39,640 bases of DNA from a virus (IMGVR_UViG_3300017589_000114:1-39640); one strand, 5' to 3'; shown: positions 9,074 to 18,057, numbered from the stretch's first letter. Notes: generated by a model not told the origin, from the letters alone. Translations and numbers: made by a program.

Positions 9074-10675
9074 TTACAATATTAATATTCCTCTTTCATC
9101 ATAAACACTTCCACCGATGTTGCTTCCATTTCTTATTGCCCTGTCAAGCGCCATGATTGTTGCTACAGCACCGTCAATTTTCTCGGTGGACTTTTCCTTA
9201 TCAGCCTTTATGTTTCCAGCTGGGTCTGTTCGTATAAAAATGTTATCCATCATCCACCTAAGCACGGGATGCCCGCCATGAGCAATTTTTTGTTCCAATG
9301 TAAGTTTCATCAACTCTTTAGTAGGTGGACTCATATCTTTAAACCCTTGACCGAATGGCACTACAGTAAACCCTAATCCCTCAAGGTTTTGTGTCATTTG
9401 TACAGCACCCCATCTATCAAAAGCTATTTCACGGATATTATATTTCATGTTTAGTTCCTCTATGAAACTTTCTATAAACCCGTAATGCACCACATTGCCT
9501 TCCGTAGTCTTAAGAAAGCCTTGTTTTTTCCATATATCATAATTTACATGGTCACGCCTTACCCTTAAATCGATGTTATCCTCCGGTATCCAAAAGAACG
9601 GTAGAACAGTATATTTATCGTCTTCATCAATCGGAGGGAACACAAGTACGAAAGCAGTAATGTCGGTAGATGAGGAGAGGTCAAGCCCGCCATAGCAAAT
9701 TCGTCCTTGCAAAGATTCAGGGTCAACAGCAAATGCACAGGCATCCCATTTATCCATAGGCATCCAGCGTATAGCTTGCTTGACCCATTGATTCAGCCTA
9801 AGTTGTCTGAAGCTGTTTTCTTCTGCCGGGTTTTGCCTTGCTGATTCAAATGCCGCTTTAACTTTATCTATAGTAACGGTAATTCCTAATGATGGATTTG
9901 CTTTCTTCCATACCTTCGGATCTGTCCAATCATCTTCTGGAGCAGCCCCATATATAACAGGGTAAAAGGTAGGGTCATACTTTCTGCCATTTATAATATC
10001 CAGTGCTTTTTGATGTACCTCCCAACAAATACTGTTTTGGTTATCTCCTGCAGTAGTTATTAAAAAATACAGTGGCTGCATCCTTGCATCACCGCTGCCT
10101 TTAGTCATAACATCATAGAGCTTTCTATTTGGTTGTGTATGAAGTTCATCAAATACAACACCGTGGGTATTGAAACCATGCTTGTTGCTTACATCAGCTG
10201 ATAGTACTTGATAAATACTGCCTGTTGGTTGATAAATAAGTCGCTTAGTTGAATCAAGAATTTTTACTCTTTTTGCTAAAGCCGGACACATTCTAACCAT
10301 ATCTGCTGCAACATTAAAAACTATGGATGCTTGATTTCTATCAGCAGCACATCCGTAAACTTCGGCTCTTTCCTCATTATCTCCACAAGTTAAGAGTAGG
10401 GCAACAGCCGCCGCAAGTTCACTTTTACCCATCTTTTTTGGTATTTCAACATAAGCAGTATTAAATTGTCGATAGCCATTAGGTTTAAGTGTACCAAACA
10501 CATCCCTTATAATTTGCTCTTGCCAATCAATAAGTTCAAAAGGTTTACCAGCCCATGTACCTTTGGTATGGGAAAGTGCTTGTATAAAAGCTACTGCATA
10601 GTCAGCGGAGGACTTGTCATAAATAGAATCATCTGATTTAAATCGTGTCGGTGTATATTTTTTTAATTTTCGCAA
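9074..10675 (-). CDS. terL: Terminase large subunit (probable TTG start at 10675, 533 aa)
   Basis: Walker A IPKKMGKS, Walker B VVFDELH, ITTAG, GGLDLSS..D nuclease motif, KIDGAVA; RBS GGAGGA 9 nt upstream of TTG. Confidence 0.95.
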   Translation of the reverse strand: MRKLKKYTPTRFKSDDSIYDKSSADYAVAFIQALSHTKGTWAGKPFELIDWQEQIIRDVFGTLKPNGYRQFNTAYVEIPKKMGKSELAAAVALLLTCGDNEERAEVYGCAADRNQASIVFNVAADMVRMCPALAKRVKILDSTKRLIYQPTGSIYQVLSADVSNKHGFNTHGVVFDELHTQPNRKLYDVMTKGSGDARMQPLYFLITTAGDNQNSICWEVHQKALDIINGRKYDPTFYPVIYGAAPEDDWTDPKVWKKANPSLGITVTIDKVKAAFESARQNPAEENSFRQLRLNQWVKQAIRWMPMDKWDACAFAVDPESLQGRICYGGLDLSSSTDITAFVLVFPPIDEDDKYTVLPFFWIPEDNIDLRVRRDHVNYDIWKKQGFLKTTEGNVVHYGFIESFIEELNMKYNIREIAFDRWGAVQMTQNLEGLGFTVVPFGQGFKDMSPPTKELMKLTLEQKIAHGGHPVLRWMMDNIFIRTDPAGNIKADKEKSTEKIDGAVATIMALDRAIRNGSNIGGSVYDERGILIL

Positions 10676-10709
10676 GATGATGAATCCTCCTTTATAAGTT
10701 GAAATAAGA

Positions 10710-10728
10710 AAAGGGCTCATCGCCCTTT
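10710..10728 (-). terminator. Intrinsic terminator after the DUF4314 gene
   Basis: AAAGGGC-gatga-GCCCTTT followed by a T-rich tract on the minus strand. Confidence 0.55.
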
Positions 10729-10742
10729 ATCTTATGGTTGTT

Positions 10743-10970
10743 CTATTCTTCAATTTTCTTGCAGGAATCCTCACCAAAAACTATTCCAAGTGAGCTGTCG
10801 GAATCCCAGCTTACATGAATGGTTCCAATGTCATCGACGCTGGTTACCGTACCTTTAGTTCCAGGTTGCAGTTTGATGTAAGGGTCATTCATGTTAATTA
10901 ATATTACTCTTGTACCCGGTGTGTAATAGCTTTTTAGTTGCATAAGCATTTCAGGGTGAATAATATTCAT
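10743..10970 (-). CDS. DUF4314 domain protein
   Basis: GTRV.L..M.DPY...GT.GTV..VDDIGTIHV.WD..SSL. Confidence 0.85.
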   Translation of the reverse strand: MNIIHPEMLMQLKSYYTPGTRVILINMNDPYIKLQPGTKGTVTSVDDIGTIHVSWDSDSSLGIVFGEDSCKKIEE

Positions 10971-11776
10971 TGTTCACTCACCTCCTCATGCTTGTCATTC
11001 TCGCTTTTGAAAGCAGAACTACCTGTAAGTTTAGAAAGTAAAATTTTTCGCACAACTTTATATTCTGAACCAATAAAGCCGAGTCTAAGAAGGAAGCAGC
11101 GAAAAGCATATTTTTCATTTTCAACTGTTTTTTCAGTAGCACTGACTCTTTGGTTAGTTTTAGCCATTTTACAAAGAGCAGTTATAAAATGAGTGTATGC
11201 AGTTACTTCATCTTCGTTGCATTCTCCTCGAAACCAAGGGAAAGTTACAGTTTCATTGTCTGCAATGATTTGTATTGAATCAGTACATAAGGCTTTCTTT
11301 ATAAGAGTCTTTTTACTCTCTACCAATCTGTTTAAATTTTCAAATGCTGCATCAGTAAAATCAGCCCTTGGCATTTGGATTGTTAGATTAATAGATTCTT
11401 CTGTTTCACACAAATCATTGTAAGCAGGAGGTTCCTTGTAATAAAAATTTGGGATGACCCTCCCACCAAGTGCTGCTTCATATGGAATTTGAAGATTATC
11501 AGGAATAGATTCAACTTGAGGAAGTGGGATTTCATATTCTTCCTTAACTGCTTTAAAGTCATGTAGTCCCAACAGGTCTTCTACAAGTTCAGAGTTATCT
11601 GGTCCGCTTAATACGCCATTTTTGTCCACATTGTAGCCAGCTATTTCATAAGCAAATGTAGGTGCGCCTAAGTATTTTGCTGAAATATTCAGTTCCTGAC
11701 TTATTGCGTTTACCAGTGATTTTCTGTTTGAGCCCGTTAAGTTATAGTTTATTTGCATTTTTATACCACCTTTCAT
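10967..11776 (-). CDS. Phage virulence-related-type protein of unknown function
   Basis: RK.LV.AIS, YLGAPTFAY and ENEKYAFRCFLLRLGFIG.EYK..RKILL..L.GSSAFK; start probably a few codons downstream. Confidence 0.75.
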   Translation of the reverse strand: MKGGIKMQINYNLTGSNRKSLVNAISQELNISAKYLGAPTFAYEIAGYNVDKNGVLSGPDNSELVEDLLGLHDFKAVKEEYEIPLPQVESIPDNLQIPYEAALGGRVIPNFYYKEPPAYNDLCETEESINLTIQMPRADFTDAAFENLNRLVESKKTLIKKALCTDSIQIIADNETVTFPWFRGECNEDEVTAYTHFITALCKMAKTNQRVSATEKTVENEKYAFRCFLLRLGFIGSEYKVVRKILLSKLTGSSAFKSENDKHEEVSEQ

Positions 11777-11857
11777 TTTTCGGTACTACATATATCACTC
11801 TAAAGGCTTCAAATTGCAAGTCATTTAGAGTATATTTCTGTAGTAAATATTCTACAA

Positions 11858-13726
11858 TTAATCAGCGGTATTTTGCACAGATAACACAATACCTGAAAGA
11901 ACAAAACAAACGCAGGGAAGAGCAACACCATTGCCCCACATTTTATATTCAGCTGCATCTGAATGCGGATTTTCAAGCCACTTAGTAATCTGCTTTCTTG
12001 TTTTTGGCTTGCTGCTTTTACCAATACTTTTACGATGAGTTTCCCAAACTTCAGTCCAGAATAAAATTTCATCTTCTGTTGGGTTTTCCGTTCCAAGATT
12101 AGCACACCAATAATCTGGGAAGCCTTGAAGCCTTGCACATTCTGTTGGTGTAAGTCTTCTGACTGTGTATTCAATACCGTCTGTATCATTAATAAGTGGA
12201 GGGTCTTTGTAATCAGTAGCAACAAGTGTATTTGCAAGTTCTTCTTCAGCGGTAGTAAAAAATGATGCCTTGCTTGAAGAGTAGGTAGGAGTTGCCACAG
12301 CACTAGGTCCCTGTGCATTTAGTGTTGATGTTATCCCGTCTTCCGTAATCCCAAGATTTCTGGCATAATTTTGACCGCAGTTGAATGATTCTCTATCAAT
12401 AGCATAAACAACAGCGTGCTTATCCACAGTATTTAAAGTAAAGCTAATATTTTCATTAACACCATCACCCTGTGGACCGTTCTTATCTTTTCTACCTATC
12501 ATAGAGCCTTGTAGGGCATAACTTTCTACAACAGCAATGCCACCTTGATTGCAGGAAGGATTCCCACCATTTCCATCGATGGTGCGTGAAGTATCTGCCT
12601 CGTATACACCGCTGTTTGGATTGGATGATTTCATGGAATTACTGTCTTTAGAACAGATACCATAGACCTTCGGAACAAATAATGTCTGGTCATTATTGCA
12701 GGATAGTGTTGCTGATTTATTATTTTGGATAAGGGCTCCTTTACCGCCACCATCACAGCCACAGCGAATTTTGAGAGTTTTAGGCATATCACCGACCACA
12801 AAAGGCTGATTATTACCACCTGTTCCATAAGTAGCAGATATAGTCGGTGCAATATCAATCGGTCCCGTAAAACGAGTATCTCTCCCATGATTATCAAAAA
12901 CAGCTGTATCTATAACACAAGGCGGATGATGAGCCTTTGCTCGAAGAGTGCAAGTGACATCTTCTGTGATATCCATACGATTGCCACCCTGGTCATTTAA
13001 AATCACACTGCTTGTGTCTGTCTCTCTAATGCTGTTTTCAGAACAACTGGCAGTTCTTTGCCACGAGTTGAAGCTCTCCTTAGAATACCCAGACAAGCCT
13101 TCTGACTTAAATAATATTTCTCCAGCACTCCCACCTGCAAAATCTGCGACAAGAAAGATGCGTTTTCTTCGTTGGGGAACTCCCCAGTATTGAGCGTCAA
13201 GCACTCTCCAGGCAATGGAGAAATTATCTCCCATGACATTTCCTGCCTGCAGCCACTTATCAGCATTAGGAACTGATATGGTTTCATCTTTGATTTGACA
13301 GATGCTTTCAAGGACTGCCTTGAAGTCTCCTCCTTTATTTGATGAGAAGGCGCCGGGGACATTTTCCCAGACTGCGTACCTTGGATATTGTCCATTAGTT
13401 TTATTCCTCATTTCTTTTATAACTCGTATTGCTTCATAAAAAAGCACGGATTGTTCTCCTCCAAGACCAGCTCTTTTACCTGCAACACTCATATCAGTGC
13501 AGGGCGAGCCAAAAGTAATTATATCTACTGGTGGAAGTTCGGCACCGTTTAGTTTGTTTATATCTCCATAATGCTTCATCTGAGGGATTCTTTTTGCCGT
13601 AACCCGTATAGGAAACGGTTCAATTTCAGAAGCCCATAAAGGCTCTATGCCACAGAGAAGTCCACCTAAAGGGAAGCCACCGCTGCCATCAAAAAGTGAA
13701 CCGAGTGTCATTTTAATCATCCGCAT
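11858..13726 (-). CDS. DNA (cytosine-5)-methyltransferase with a very long variable region
   Basis: Motif I SLFDGSGG, IV GSPCTDMS, VI WENVPG, VIII PQRRKRIF, IX RRLTPTECARLQGFPD, X YKMWGNGV. Confidence 0.93.
   Translation of the reverse strand: MRMIKMTLGSLFDGSGGFPLGGLLCGIEPLWASEIEPFPIRVTAKRIPQMKHYGDINKLNGAELPPVDIITFGSPCTDMSVAGKRAGLGGEQSVLFYEAIRVIKEMRNKTNGQYPRYAVWENVPGAFSSNKGGDFKAVLESICQIKDETISVPNADKWLQAGNVMGDNFSIAWRVLDAQYWGVPQRRKRIFLVADFAGGSAGEILFKSEGLSGYSKESFNSWQRTASCSENSIRETDTSSVILNDQGGNRMDITEDVTCTLRAKAHHPPCVIDTAVFDNHGRDTRFTGPIDIAPTISATYGTGGNNQPFVVGDMPKTLKIRCGCDGGGKGALIQNNKSATLSCNNDQTLFVPKVYGICSKDSNSMKSSNPNSGVYEADTSRTIDGNGGNPSCNQGGIAVVESYALQGSMIGRKDKNGPQGDGVNENISFTLNTVDKHAVVYAIDRESFNCGQNYARNLGITEDGITSTLNAQGPSAVATPTYSSSKASFFTTAEEELANTLVATDYKDPPLINDTDGIEYTVRRLTPTECARLQGFPDYWCANLGTENPTEDEILFWTEVWETHRKSIGKSSKPKTRKQITKWLENPHSDAAEYKMWGNGVALPCVCFVLSGIVLSVQNTAD
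13003..13395 (-). CDS. Nested out-of-frame ORF inside the C5-MTase, resembling the M.EcoHK31I beta-type polypeptide
   Basis: 130 aa, same strand, different frame; TGAGGA 9 nt upstream of ATG; protein-like C-terminus LSQIL...EKYYLSQKACLGILRRA..RGKELP..LK.AL. Confidence 0.7.
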   Translation of the reverse strand: MDNIQGTQSGKMSPAPSHQIKEETSRQSLKASVKSKMKPYQFLMLISGCRQEMSWEIISPLPGECLTLNTGEFPNEENASFLSQILQVGVLEKYYLSQKACLGILRRASTRGKELPVVLKTALERQTQAV

Positions 13727-14357
13727 TCACCTCGCTGTATAATGTTTTGATGTTGCATTTTTTAAGCACCCAAAAGTATGAATGATACTTACGGGCATGT
13801 TTTTGATTTTGCTGCCATTTTGCAATGATCCTGTTTTTAGAAAGTAAAATAAACAGATCAACAGGATAAAACCCTAAGTCAATTGCTGTGTTATATATAA
13901 AGCAGTGGCTGAAATACTGCTTGCCACTGCTAACTTTATCCTGGCATTTGAAAATCAATATGCCGTCCGGTTTTAAAATTCTGTAAAACTCCTTCATTGC
14001 ATTTTTGTAAAACTTAAACAAAGATAGTTCATTGTCATAAACACTAAAACGCTTATTGATTACATTGCTGTTATCAGATTTATTAAGGCTACTTCCTGTA
14101 GTAGCAAGAAACGGAGGGTCAAATATAATGGAATTTAAACTACAATCCAACAGAGGGAGTTTTTCAGCATTTGCTATTATTACTCCATCCATTTGTGGAT
14201 TGATATCGTACTTGTATATCGGCTTTTCTATATCTGTGTTTTCATAAAAGCAACCTTTGGAATAGGTGGGGTCGCAATCTATCCTGTTGTTTTTAGAATG
14301 AAGTTCAAGTATATTTTTAATTATTTCTTCCTGTGAATATGAAATGCTTTTTATCAT
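13713..14357 (-). CDS. Small amino-methyltransferase (N6A/N4C type)
   Basis: DPTYSKG SAM-binding-like motif, IIFDPPF catalytic motif, EFYRILKPDGILIFK. Confidence 0.8.
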   Translation of the reverse strand: MIKSISYSQEEIIKNILELHSKNNRIDCDPTYSKGCFYENTDIEKPIYKYDINPQMDGVIIANAEKLPLLDCSLNSIIFDPPFLATTGSSLNKSDNSNVINKRFSVYDNELSLFKFYKNAMKEFYRILKPDGILIFKCQDKVSSGKQYFSHCFIYNTAIDLGFYPVDLFILLSKNRIIAKWQQNQKHARKYHSYFWVLKKCNIKTLYSEVNADD

Positions 14358-15589
14358 GTCTGTAACTCTGTTAATTCTTTATAAGTAAATTGTTTGTTAT
14401 CTCTGCTGCAAAAAACATTATTGTCATTTCCAATTTGTTCAACATACCTTTTCACAATAACATCACAGTACTTCTCATCAAGTTCAATAGTGTAGCATAT
14501 TCTGTCTGTCTGCTCACAGGCAATGAGCGTACTTCCTGAACCTCCAAAGGGGTCAAGTATGATACAATTAGTTAAGCTTGAATTCATAATAGGGTAAGCT
14601 ACTAAAGCCACAGGTTTCATGGTTGGATGGTCAGCACTTTTCTTTGGCTTTTCAAATTCCCAGATAGTTGTCTGCTTACGGTCGGAATACCAGAGATGCT
14701 TACCTTTCTTTTTCCAACCAAAGAGCACTGGTTCATGCTGCCACTGATAAGGGGAGCGACCAAGGACAAGTGACTGCTTTTTCCAGATGCAAGTACCGGA
14801 AAGATAAAATCCCGCATCTGAGAATGCTCTTCTGAAATTTAGTCCTTCAGTGTCTGCATGGAATACATAAATAGAAGCGTCCTTAGCCATTGCTGCTTCG
14901 GTGTTTGTGAATGCCGCAAAGAGAAAATCATAGAATGCTTCGTTATTCATATTATCATTTTTGATTTTGCCGGCAGTTCCTTCGTAATTCACATTGTACG
15001 GAGGGTCGGTAACTACCAGATTGGCAGTTTTTCCATCCATCAACATAGTGAAAGTATCAGCCTTAGTGGAATCTCCACAGACCAGTCTGTGCTGCCCAAG
15101 CATCCAAATATCTCCTAAATGAGAAACAGCGGGCTTTTTCAGCTCGCTGTCAACATCAAATTCATCTTCTTTTATTTTATCCTTAAGAGAATCCTTGAAA
15201 AGGTCATCTAACTCTCCAAGGTCAAATCCTGTCAAAGAAACATCGAAATCTGAAGAAATTAAATCAGTTATAAGAAGTGCTAACTTATCTTTATCCCAAT
15301 CACCGCTTATTTTATTCAGTGCGATGTTAAGCGCCTTTTCCTTTTCTTCATTCATTTCAACAACTACACATTCAATTTCATCCATGCCCATACTAAGCAG
15401 GACTTTCAATCGCTGATGACCACCAATAACTCTGCCAGTGGTTTTATTCCATATAACGGGTTCTACATATCCAAACTCCTCAAGAGAGCGTTTCAGCTTT
15501 TCATATTCCGGGTCACCGGGTTTTAAATCCTTTCTTGGATTATACTCGGCAGGGATAAGCTGTTTAGTTTTAATCTTTTCAATCAACAT
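14354..15589 (-). CDS. ParB-N-terminal domain fused to an N6/N4 DNA methyltransferase
   Basis: YNPRK and IGGHQRLK (ParB/Srx); HRLVCGDST, TDPPY, HPTMKPV, LDPFGGSGST. Confidence 0.92.
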   Translation of the reverse strand: MLIEKIKTKQLIPAEYNPRKDLKPGDPEYEKLKRSLEEFGYVEPVIWNKTTGRVIGGHQRLKVLLSMGMDEIECVVVEMNEEKEKALNIALNKISGDWDKDKLALLITDLISSDFDVSLTGFDLGELDDLFKDSLKDKIKEDEFDVDSELKKPAVSHLGDIWMLGQHRLVCGDSTKADTFTMLMDGKTANLVVTDPPYNVNYEGTAGKIKNDNMNNEAFYDFLFAAFTNTEAAMAKDASIYVFHADTEGLNFRRAFSDAGFYLSGTCIWKKQSLVLGRSPYQWQHEPVLFGWKKKGKHLWYSDRKQTTIWEFEKPKKSADHPTMKPVALVAYPIMNSSLTNCIILDPFGGSGSTLIACEQTDRICYTIELDEKYCDVIVKRYVEQIGNDNNVFCSRDNKQFTYKELTELQT

Positions 15590-16754
15590 ACTTTTCTACC
15601 GCCTTTTTTAATTCGCTATATTTATTGACATCCTCCCAAGGAAATAAGAAGCTATTAAAGTGACCGTATACTGCCGTATCGGAGTAATGTACATTTCTTA
15701 GTCGTAGCTTTTCAATAATTGCTGCTGGTCTTAAATTAAAAACATCCTGTGCAGCAAGGGCTAATATTTCATCAGAAACAGTACCGGTTCCAAATGTATT
15801 TATTGAAAATGCCACTGGGTTCGCTTTACCAATGGCATATGAAATATTAACTTCACATTTCTTAGCATAATCGCACCATACTATATGTTTTGCTATATAA
15901 CGAGCCATGTAAGCGCCGCTTCTGTCAACCTTGGTAGGATCTTTGCCACAAAGGGCACCTCCACCGTGGGATGCAAGTCCACCATAAGTATCGACCATGA
16001 TTTTTCTTCCGGTAAGGCCTGTGTCCGCTGAAGGTCCGCCTTCCACAAATCTACCTGAAGGATTTATGAGTATTTCAGTTTTATCATCAAAAGGGAAATC
16101 TTCAAAACACTGCCATAAGACATTGTTAAGAATATCTACCTTAAGTTCATCCTGCATTTTATCCTTATCATGTTGTACGGATACAACAATGGTCTTAACT
16201 CGCATCGGCGTATCATTTTCATATTCTATAGTAACCTGAACTTTGCCATCAGGGAATATACCCTTTATAAGTTTTCCTTTACGGCAATCATCAATCCGTT
16301 TAACAATGCGATGAGAAAGTACAAGAGGCAGGGGAAGCATCTCTTTTGTTTCTTTTGTGGCATAACCGTACATTGTTCCTTGATCACCAGCTCCTATCGA
16401 GCCATACTGCTCGCTGATACCGTTTCTTGCTTCCAAGGCAGTATTAACTCCTGCTGCAATATCTGTACTTTGATTATGTACATATACATAAATCAAAAAT
16501 TTTAGTGGGTTGTATCCAACTTCACTAAGTGTGTTTTTTATAACATTGCGAATATTGATTTTCTCGCTGCAGGTGATTTCGCCCGCTACGATAATTTTAC
16601 CCTTGGTAGCCATTACTTCACACGCTACTCGAGAAGCTTTGTCTTTACGAAGACATGCATCCAAGATGTTATCTGCGATTAAGTCACAGAGCTTATCCGG
16701 GTGTCCCATGCAGACACTTTCTGCTGTTTTGTAAGATATCATAAATTTCTCCAA
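15579..16754 (-). CDS. metK: S-adenosylmethionine synthetase
   Basis: AESV..GHPDK, GAGDQG, GGPSADTGLTGRKIMVDTYG, HGGGA..GKDPTKVDRSGAY. Confidence 0.95.
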   Translation of the reverse strand: MEKFMISYKTAESVCMGHPDKLCDLIADNILDACLRKDKASRVACEVMATKGKIIVAGEITCSEKINIRNVIKNTLSEVGYNPLKFLIYVYVHNQSTDIAAGVNTALEARNGISEQYGSIGAGDQGTMYGYATKETKEMLPLPLVLSHRIVKRIDDCRKGKLIKGIFPDGKVQVTIEYENDTPMRVKTIVVSVQHDKDKMQDELKVDILNNVLWQCFEDFPFDDKTEILINPSGRFVEGGPSADTGLTGRKIMVDTYGGLASHGGGALCGKDPTKVDRSGAYMARYIAKHIVWCDYAKKCEVNISYAIGKANPVAFSINTFGTGTVSDEILALAAQDVFNLRPAAIIEKLRLRNVHYSDTAVYGHFNSFLFPWEDVNKYSELKKAVEKYVD

Positions 16755-16761
16755 TCTGTTT

Positions 16762-17313
16762 TTATTTTCCTTTCCTTGCTTTGAGCAATCTCTCCATTAC
16801 ATCATCTTGAGGATTTGCTCCAGCATATTCACCGGTGCAGTTTTCTTTGACAATCTGAAAAATTTCCATCCACAGACGGTTTGTTTGATTCATGTAATTT
16901 TGACCCATGGCAACATATGGACTTTGAATGGCATTGCCTGTTGTCGGATGCTTTGCTAAGAAACCATATTCGGTAACTGCTTCTTCACACTGAATCCATC
17001 TTGCCACACTCATTGCATATCTTTCTAAAAGCTGAGGGGATACTAAGGCAGCACATCCACGGTCATTTAGCCACATCCATGTAGCTTTATATATTTCACT
17101 CGCAACAAGTGTTTTACCGTCTTTTTGTATAGCTTCGAGCATCTTGTTTGGCTCAGGCATTTCGAGTCCTTTCAAGTCTGCTGTATCCTTAAATTCTATA
17201 ACTGTTAATTTTCTGCCTCCGGGATTGCCTTCAGCTATTTTTTCAGCTAACGGTTTCTTTTTTGCACCCGCACCTACACGAGCACCACCTCGGTTTGTAC
17301 CGTCCTTTGCCAA
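16762..17313 (-). CDS. terS: Terminase small subunit, P27 family
   Basis: RGGARVGAG.K.K, GNPG.R.L and QSPYVA motifs; located after HNH. Confidence 0.88.
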   Translation of the reverse strand: MAKDGTNRGGARVGAGAKKKPLAEKIAEGNPGGRKLTVIEFKDTADLKGLEMPEPNKMLEAIQKDGKTLVASEIYKATWMWLNDRGCAALVSPQLLERYAMSVARWIQCEEAVTEYGFLAKHPTTGNAIQSPYVAMGQNYMNQTNRLWMEIFQIVKENCTGEYAGANPQDDVMERLLKARKGK

Positions 17314-17349
17314 TCAGTTCACCTCACTTTGTAGTTTTGGGGCTATTCC

Positions 17350-17430
17350 CACGTTTGAAACTGCGTTTTTTAACACGCGACCCCACGCCGCTGTCCGAAA
17401 ATTTTTGTTTTGAAGATTTTACCACCCCCC
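17350..17430. other. Putative cos packaging site region
   Basis: Non-coding GC-rich patch (minus strand GGGGGGTGGTAAAATC...GGACAGCGGCGTGGGGTCGCGTG) between HNH and terS, the usual cos position in HNH-dependent cos phages. Confidence 0.6.
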
Positions 17431-17484
17431 ATTACGCAACTATTTTTTAATTCTGAACATACTAAGTTGATGGAGGTGTGTAAA

Positions 17485-17661
17485 ATGACTGAAATCGAAT
17501 ATTTATTAGATGATATTGAAAAACTTAAAAAGAATTTAAATAATCTGATTGCAGATGAAAAGTCTAATCTTCAAGATCCAGAGATTATTGCTGCAAGCCA
17601 GATTCTAAATGCGGCAATCACAAAATATAATGAGATTGTCTCAAAGAAAATAAACAAATAA
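17485..17661 (+). CDS. Spo0E-like aspartyl-phosphate phosphatase family protein, 58 aa
   Basis: RBS GGAGGT then ATG at 17485; two-helix pattern IEKLKKNLNNLI...LQDPEIIAASQILNAAITKY matches the Spo0E SQxLD family. Confidence 0.75.
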   Translation: MTEIEYLLDDIEKLKKNLNNLIADEKSNLQDPEIIAASQILNAAITKYNEIVSKKINK

Positions 17662-17672
17662 ACTCAAAATAG

Positions 17673-17697
17673 AAGTCGGGATAACTTTCACCGACTT
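17673..17697. terminator. Terminator between the convergent Spo0E-like and HNH genes
   Basis: AAGTCGG...CCGACTT stem followed by T residues on the plus strand. Confidence 0.6.
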
Positions 17698-18057
17698 TTA
17701 TTTTCCCCATCGTCCACCTTCACTTGCAGTTATAGATGAGTGACAAGACTTACAAAGAGACATAAGGTTATACGTTTCATTACTGCCACCTTTTGACAGG
17801 GGAAGGATGTGGTGTATTTCTTCTGCAGGGGTAAGCCTTCCTTGTTTTTCGCACTCCTTGCAGAGAGGGTGAGCTTTAATATAGCGGTCTCTAATTCTTT
17901 TCCATGCACGACCATATCGTTTGTTGGAATTAGGGTCACGTTGATATTTATTGTAGTGCTTGTTCACTTCTTTTTGATGCTGAGTGCAGTATTGTTCTCG
18001 TTCAGCAAGCCGACCACAGCCGGGATAAGCACAGGGGCGCTTTGGTTTATATGGCAT
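17698..18057 (-). CDS. Packaging-associated HNH endonuclease (start 18057, 119 aa)
   Basis: MPYKPKRPCAYPGC, W.RIR..Y...HPLC..C, HHILPL..GG.....NLMSLC..CH; RBS AGGAGGT. Confidence 0.93.
   Translation of the reverse strand: MPYKPKRPCAYPGCGRLAEREQYCTQHQKEVNKHYNKYQRDPNSNKRYGRAWKRIRDRYIKAHPLCKECEKQGRLTPAEEIHHILPLSKGGSNETYNLMSLCKSCHSSITASEGGRWGK

Noticed and set aside
11821-12897. Same-strand alternative-frame ORFs 11821..12318 and 12631..12897 inside the C5-MTase
   Set aside because: Unlike 13003..13395 they show no convincing RBS or protein-like motif
15579-16754. metK as a host housekeeping gene marking a prophage boundary
   Set aside because: It is tightly coupled to terS and the phage MTase and flanked by phage genes on both sides
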